Shown here: positions 57,393 to 64,000 of the stretch, piece by piece | Position numbering within the stretch: position 1 is the first letter of the stretch | Layout of the letters: every line of letters starts with the position of its first letter | The notes under the pieces: generated by a model | What the model saw: the letters and a program-made list of their open reading frames with translations, nothing else | What the model was told of the DNA's origin: nothing | Database searches by the model: none | Assembly: GCA_951406725.2 (NCBI GenBank) | Contig: OX597817.1 | Location: forward strand, 144,274,001-144,338,000 | Origin: Octopus vulgaris | Lineage: Eukaryota | Direction of reading: 5' to 3' | Length of the DNA: 64,000 nucleotides | Translations under genes and position numbers: made by a program

Positions 57393-58294
57393 GACTATCT
57401 GGATGAAATCCACTCAATCACACGCCAGATTTTACCATAACGATAAATACGCGTGTGGTTCAATTGATTACATCCGACGTTATAATTCAAATGCCCCAAC
57501 CAACAGCGCGCCAAACTTTCACGGAAAACAAATACAGCATTTAGAAATAAATGCAGCATAATTATAATTAATTAATAAGGGTGAGAGAATTAGATACTAA
57601 TTTAATAGTATATTTATTCAACACCAAGTGGCCCAGTGCTACGAGAAACCTGGATTATTATAATATTTTATAACATATTATAATATTTTTACAAAATAAA
57701 TATAAGAGAGTGGTCACTATATTGCTCACTCTAGCACCAGTTAATCCAAAAGGTTTCAACCACGACGAGCTACAAATGGATTTTTTTGTAAGTAATATTA
57801 CATTTAATTCATTAATAGCGAAACAATTGTCCCAAAATAATCTGTATTTTTGTTATTTTTTTTATTTGCCCTGTCCGTGTGAGCTAACAGTCGTACTGAC
57901 TTTCATGGGAAACATGTATTTTCGTGGTTGAAACCTTTTGGATTAACTGGTGCTAGAGTGAGCAATATAGTGACCACTCTCTTATATTTATTTTGTAAAA
58001 ATATTATAATATGTTATAAAATATTATAATAATCCAGGTTTCTCGTAGCACTGGGCCACTTGGTGTTGAATAAATATACTATTAAATTAGTATCTAATTC
58101 TCTCACCCTTATTAATTAATTATAATTATGCTGCATTTATTTCTAAATGCTGTATTTGTTTTCCGTGAAAGTTTGGCGCGCTGTTGGTTGGGGCATTTGA
58201 ATTATAACGTCGGATGTAATCAATTGAACCACACGCGTATTTATCGTTATGGTAAAATCTGGCGTGTGATTGAGTGGATTTCATCCAGATAGTC

Positions 58295-58372
58295 TTGGCT
58301 GACGAGCTACAAATGGATTTTTTTGTAAGTAATATTACATTTAATTCATTAATAGCGAAACAATTGTCCCAA
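58295..58372 (+). ncRNA. Hammerhead ribozyme
   Basis: ttgg-CTGACGA-gcta(43-nt loop)tagc-GAAA-caattg-TC-ccaa, with a canonical GUC cleavage site. Confidence 0.92.
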
Positions 58373-58528
58373 AATAATCTGTATTTTTGTTATTTTTTAT
58401 TTGCCCTGTCCGTGTGAGCTAACAGTCGTACTGACTTTCATGGGAAACATGTATTTTCGTGGTTGAAACCTTTTGGATTAACTGGTGCTAGAGTGAGCAA
58501 TATAGTGACCACTCTCTTATATTTATTT

Positions 58529-58569
<41 letters not shown>

Positions 58570-58574
<5 letters not shown>

Positions 58575-58950
58575 TTCTGTATTTAAGAGATGAGGAATTG
58601 TGTACATTATTTATATTATTTACATTTGACGGATAATTGTTCTCATCTTGTTTGTTGTTAACACGTTTCGGCTGATATACCCTCCAGCCTTCATCGGGTG
58701 TCTTGGGGAAATTTCGAACCTGGGTTCTCATTCCTAAGGTGTTTTTCGATCTTCTTCTTCTTCTTCTTCTTCTTCTTCTTCTTCTTCTCCTTCTCATTAT
58801 TGTTATTATTATTATTCAGGTCACTGCCTGGATTCGAACTCGGAATCTTGGGGTTAATAACCCCAAGATTCCGAGTTCGAAACTTCCCCCAAGACACCTG
58901 ATGAAGGCTGGAGGGTATATCAGCCGAAACATTGTGTCAACAACAAACAC
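58570..58950. repeat. Fold-back repeat with two opposed hammerheads and a perfect internal hairpin
   Basis: 58650-58720 is inverted at ~58877-58948. A 23-bp perfect hairpin lies at 58833-58881. Confidence 0.85.
58893..58938 (+). ncRNA. Minimal hammerhead
   Basis: gacac-CTGATGA-a-ggctg(10 nt)cagcc-GAAA-ca-TT-gtgtc. The opposed copy at 58659-58702(-) has CCGATGA and GAAACG. Confidence 0.75.
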
Positions 58951-59381
58951 TATAACTTAGTGGTTCGGCAAAAGGGTCAGATAGAAAAAAAAAGTACCAG
59001 ACTTAAGAAAAGAAATATAAATACCGGAGTCGATTTATGCGGCTGGAAACGATTCTGTTATCTTTTGTTTTTTCTCTTTTACTGAAACGAGTAAAACAGA
59101 AAAGACAAAACATAATAGAATTGTTAGAAAGATTCGAATTTCTGTCGTAAAAAATCCTATAAAGTTAGCTTTTACTTTTTAATGAAATCGCACAAAAAAT
59201 CGGAAAAATATATTTTTCTCTTTCGTAGGGACAAAAACAACAACAACAACAAAACGACGAATATTAAACTTAAAAACAAATTTCTTTAAAAATAGAAAAT
59301 GAGTGACTTAACTCTATTCTTAAGTCTTGTATGATTAAAACAACTTTTAGTTATTTCAAAATTGCAAACTATAAATATATA

Positions 59382-60286
59382 CAGTAATCACTCGCCATAT
59401 CGCGGTTCACCTATCGCACCCTCCGTACATCGCGGGGTTTTTTTTTTGCCTAATATATGTAAATTTATATCACAGATTCCTCAGTATATCACGGGTTTCT
59501 GCAGCCGATAGGTATTTATGTCTTTTAGATTTTAATTATTTCTGTGGTAAAATAAGCATTTTCACGCCTAAAATTAATAAATTAATAAATAAAAAGACAG
59601 AACAGTACTGCACTGTATAACACATTAATTAGAAGAAATTAAAAGAAAATATGGAGCGTGCCGTAGATGAGTTAACAAAGAATTGCGCATATTGTATGGA
59701 AAACGGAACTCGGGAGGCGAGTGTGTGCTGGTGTTTTGCATTTATAATAAATAGATATATGCAAATTATCTCTTTTTTTAAATGTTTCAGTCACTTGACT
59801 GCAGCTATGCTGGAGCATCGCCTTTAGTCGAGCATATCGACTCCAGGACTTATTCTTTGTAAGCCTAGTACTTATTCTATCGTTCTCTTTTGCCGAACTG
59901 CTAAGTTACGGGGACGTAAACACACCAGCATCAGTTGTCAAGCAATGTTGGGGAAAAAAACAAAAAAAAAACAAACACACACACACACACACATATATAT
60001 ATACATATACATATATACGACGGGCTTCTTTCAGTTTCCATCTACCAAATCCACTTGCAAGGCTTTGGTTGGCCCGAGGCTATAGTAGAAGACACTTGGC
60101 CAAGTTGCGACGAAGTGGGACTGAACCCGGAACCATGTGGCTGGTAAGCAAGCTACTTACCACACAGCCACTCCTACGCCTTTATATTTTTAAAATATAC
60201 AGTACAGTACTGTTTCTACATAGCGGACTTTCACTTCTCGCGGGGGGTTTTGGAACGTAACATCCACGATAGCCGAGGGATTACTA
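59382..60286. mobile_element. Tigger/pogo-like MITE containing a nested SINE A (59785-60182,-)
   Basis: TA|CAGTAATCACTCG ... CGAGGGATTACTA|TA termini. Confidence 0.75.
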
Positions 60287-60897
60287 TATTTGTCACAAGG
60301 CTAGAAATCTTTGAGGGGAGGGGCTTGGTCGATACTGTCAACCTCAATGTAGTTGATTTCTTTGTTAAAATCAGAAATGCCTGAGACAAATGTAACTACT
60401 GATCGGTCTGTAGAGGAAACAGGCGCCAAAAGAAGTCTGGTGCTTCTAAGGTTAAAAGTTATTCTAGCAGTTAAATTTAACACATCGGTGCATTTTATCT
60501 TAGAAATTAATTCACACTTGAGTAAATATGTAGATATTTCTGAAAAGTGGTACATCTAGAACTTTGCTTTTGAATTCTTTGACGACGTCGATGTTAAGTA
60601 ATGAATAAGTTGAGGAAATCTGCTTTGCATATGTTGATTATTGACGGACACATTGGTGTTACCGTTCCAAAAATTAAAATATTGTATGTCATATACAGAC
60701 ACCAAAATGAAATCATTCAAAAGGTTGTGTTTATTGATATTTTGAAGTCGACAGTTCGTGAAAACGTCGGGAAATGCGGTGACTATTATCACTTTATTTC
60801 CCGATATTTTTCACAAATTTTTACGTAAAACACAAACTTAACTTTAGAAAATGGTAATGTTGACATCAGTTGGAACGCGAGTTATACAGGGGAAATA

Positions 60898-61378
60898 TAG
60901 GGTGTTCAAAAATTCTCTCCGCAGTAAGTATTTAATGGTTTTCGGGCGATTCTTGTACACTGATCCTTTACTTTCTTCCCAGGAAAAAAGTCTGGTGGTG
61001 TTAAATCATATAAGGCGGCGAGCTGGCAGAAACGTTAGTACGCCGGGCGAAATGCTTAGCAGTATTTCGTTTGCTGTTACGTTCTGAGTTCAAATTCCGC
61101 CGAGGTCGACTTTGTCTTTCATCCTTTAGGGGTCGATTAAATAAATACCAGTTACGCACTAGAGTCGATATAATCGACTTAATCCATGTGTCTGTTCTTG
61201 TTCGTCCTCTCTGTGTTTAGCCCCTTGTGTGTAGTAAAGAAATAGGTGTTAAATCAGGTGATCTTGGTGGCCAAAGTCCCTTCGAAATAATCCGTCCACC
61301 GAAAAACTCTTGAAGTAGCACCATGGTGATGCGCAGGATGGAAAAACTTCACCGTGGAGAGACTTTTTGAACACCCTG
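60898..61378. mobile_element. Tc1/mariner MITE containing a nested SINE B (61013-61245,+)
   Basis: TIR (T/C)AGGGTGTTCAAAA..CTCTCC with TA flanks. SINE TSD GGTGTTAAATCA at 60997 and 61245. Confidence 0.75.
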
Positions 61379-61879
61379 TATAATGGAGCAACATCATTTC
61401 GAAAACGTCTCTCAGAACAGCATTGTTTACAGAGGAGACTTGAACTTGGATGAAAGAAAATAAATAAATGTACAAACTGAAAATTCTTTCACGTTTCGTA
61501 TATTCAGTGTTTAGTAGGTTTGCGGTACAAAAGAATTTGAGAATTCGCAAGTGTTACAGTGTTCAATATATTCTTTAGATACTATTTATATAAATGAAGT
61601 GGAATGGCTCTCAAAGTATTTTACTGTAAAGGATGAGATATTAGTTCTATAATGTGAAGAAGAAGCAAGTTTAATGATCCAGTAAGTACTGGCTCGAGAT
61701 TCTGTCTAATCCACAATAAAGAATTGCACACAAACAATGAGAGTTTTACATGATTTTGTGTCGTTCTGCAAATGCCTACAGTGAGAAGTAGCCATCTGTG
61801 TATCATACTTAACGTATATACATACGTCTTGAGGTTTTCGACCGAGATAAAATCTCTTAAAGGCATGATGTGTTAAAAA

Positions 61880-62080
61880 CAAACTATACATACATACATA
61901 CATACATACATACATACATACATACATACATACATACATACATACATACATACATACATACAAGCAAGCAAAAATACCTTGTTGATGTTGAAATTCCAAT
62001 GAAGGAGCCTTGGATCAATGTTAGAAACCGGGTCTTTTTCTACTGGCAGGAAATCTAAAAATAAAACTGAACAATGACAT
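61880..62080 (+). mobile_element. R4/Dong-like 3' UTR fragment
   Basis: (CATA)n then GTTGATGTTGAAATTCCAATGAAGGAGCCTTGG..AAACTGAACAATGA. Confidence 0.7.
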
Positions 62081-62095
62081 ACCTACACACACACG

Positions 62096-62143
<48 letters not shown>

Positions 62144-62414
62144 CAAAATGGGACGAGAACGCAAATCATCCAGACAGTTAGGTGATACACAAAAGGGACA
62201 ACAAAACATCCAGATAGACGAAACAAAGAAAATAAGGACGGATCATTCGAAGTTTTCTTTCCTCAGTCAAGTACCAGATTATCTTCGCAATTTCGGCTGA
62301 TTATATATATATCGGAGGTAGACAAAAAAATATAGCAATGGCTAGCGAGAACGCTTGATGCATTTTGGACTTGTTGGGCTTTATCAACGACATGTGCTCG
62401 CAGCCAGATGCCTA

Positions 62415-62465
62415 GACGAAAAATTTGCATTGACGAAAAATTTGCATTGACGAAAAATTTGCATT
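62415..62465. repeat. 17-bp tandem repeat x3
   Basis: GACGAAAAATTTGCATT three times. Confidence 0.9.
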
Positions 62466-62571
62466 TTCGCCTCAGTTATTTAGGAAACCGTGAATATGGC
62501 AAATAGTTGTTGAGCAGAATGTAAATCCAGTATATGCAATTGAAGCATCATTTAATTAAGATAGTCTTCTA

Positions 62572-62945
62572 TGGCGCAGGTGCGGCTGTGTGGTTAGAAG
62601 TTCGCTTCCCAACCACATGACCCCCGGGTTCAGTCCCACTGCGTGGAATCTTGGGCAAGTGTCATCTGCTATAGCTTCGGGTCGACCAAGGCCTTGTGAG
62701 TGGATTTGGTAAACGGAAACTGAAAGAAACCCGTCGTGTATATTTATGCGTGCTCGCGTATGTGTGTGTGTGTGTAGTGTGTGTCTTTGCTCTGTGTTTG
62801 TTCACCATCATTGCTTGATAACTGCTGTTGGTTTGTTCACGTTCCCGTATCTTAGCGGTTCGGAAAAAGAACCAGGCTTTAAAAACTCTTCAAGGTAGTG
62901 CCCCAGCATGGCCGCAGTCAAATGACTAAAACAAATAAAAGGTAA
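62572..62945 (+). mobile_element. SINE family A (internally deleted)
   Basis: Head and tail motifs both present. Confidence 0.8.
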
Positions 62946-63804
62946 AAGATACACCGTTGAGAGGCAAGATGCTACCGTTTTCGTTCAAGATAAAATCTTT
63001 TAAAGATGGTATATACTTTAGACTTGATAGATAGATGGCTATTTTAAACCAGTGCTGCTTCAGTTGCGCGCAGTGGATTAATAACGAACTTCTTTGAATT
63101 CGGCAGAAACTTCGTACAATGCCAAAACAAAAATAATCAAAGTATGAATGCAATATCTTAGTGATGATGTTTACTGGATGAAAAAGTGTAAGAGGCTTCT
63201 GGCCTCTCGTTTGATGTGCATTCTTGATCAATTATCGCATTCAGTGAAAATGTGTACTTTCGTTTAGGTGAGGGGCTTCCAGTTGAAGAGTTTAAAAAGA
63301 TGGGAATTTTTAGATTCCCCTGCTCTTGTAAATGCAAGTAATTTTGAACGTGGAGTGCACAGCATGAAAGAAAAAAAGTAATGATATTAAAATATTCTTC
63401 TAGTTCAGAAAGAAAGAAAAGGAATCCAAACGTGGCTGAAAAAATATCCCAGCAGTGTCTGAATTTTAAAATTGATCTTATCTGAGAATTTTAATTGTCA
63501 TTTATATCACTTATTTTAATGAAATATTCACACTAAGAGCTTCTGTTTTTTTTTTTTATATTTGTCTTTTGTCTTTTAGTTGCTTCAGTTATTGGACTAC
63601 GGCCATGCTGGGCAACAAGTATTTGAAGAGTTTTAGTCAACAGATCGACACCAGTCCCTGTCTTTTTAAAAGTCTGGTACATATTCTATCGGGTTATTTT
63701 ACCGAATCGCTAAGTTACTGGAACGTAAACAAACCAACATATATATTCATCTAATGCAGGATGGCTACTACTGTAACACGTTATCTCCAGTAATATTCTG
63801 TTCT

Positions 63805-64000
63805 ACTCTACTCTAGGCACAAGGCCCGAAATTTTTGAGGAGGGGTGGCAGTCGATTTGAGCGACCCCAGTACGCAACTGGTACTTTATTTATCGACCCA
63901 GAATGGATAGAAGGCAAAATCGACCTCGGCGGAATTTGAACTCAGAACGTAAAGACAGACGAAATACCTATTTCTTTACTACCCACAAGGGGCTAAACAC
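63805..64000 (-). mobile_element. SINE B dimer, cut by the window edge
   Basis: Tail, core and monomer junction are visible. Confidence 0.8.

Larger units (their letters stand above)
57032..58528. repeat. ~536-bp HHR-bearing unit: ~1.4 copies (-) fused to ~1.4 copies (+), forming a 1.5-kb quasi-palindrome
   Basis: Direct period 535 on the left and 537 on the right. Inversion junction at ~57764. No real ORF. Flanked by (TA)n. Confidence 0.92.

Overview
AT-rich, microsatellite-dense animal DNA with no recognisable host exon. The SINE families and repeat landscape suggest a cephalopod, probably Octopus (inference). The window is mostly transposon debris: two decayed mariner elements, two Helitrons with intact termini, CR1-like, RTE, R4/Dong-like and Hero-like LINE fragments, a Neptune-type Penelope element, a probable solo LTR, MITEs and more than 25 tRNA-derived SINE copies. 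Most listed ORFs are microsatellite artefacts. The main hidden signal is RNA structure. There are about 13 minimal type-I hammerhead ribozyme (HHR) motifs from about 9 sequence families, plus a 5-copy family with a non-canonical CUGUNGA core. Nearly all have a palindromic stem III, which implies dimeric cleavage. They lie in ORF-less tandem or inverted repeats (404-nt and ~536-nt retrozyme-like units) and in Penelope pseudo-LTRs. One has a compensatory U3:A8 core, and two inversion junctions fall inside a ribozyme core.
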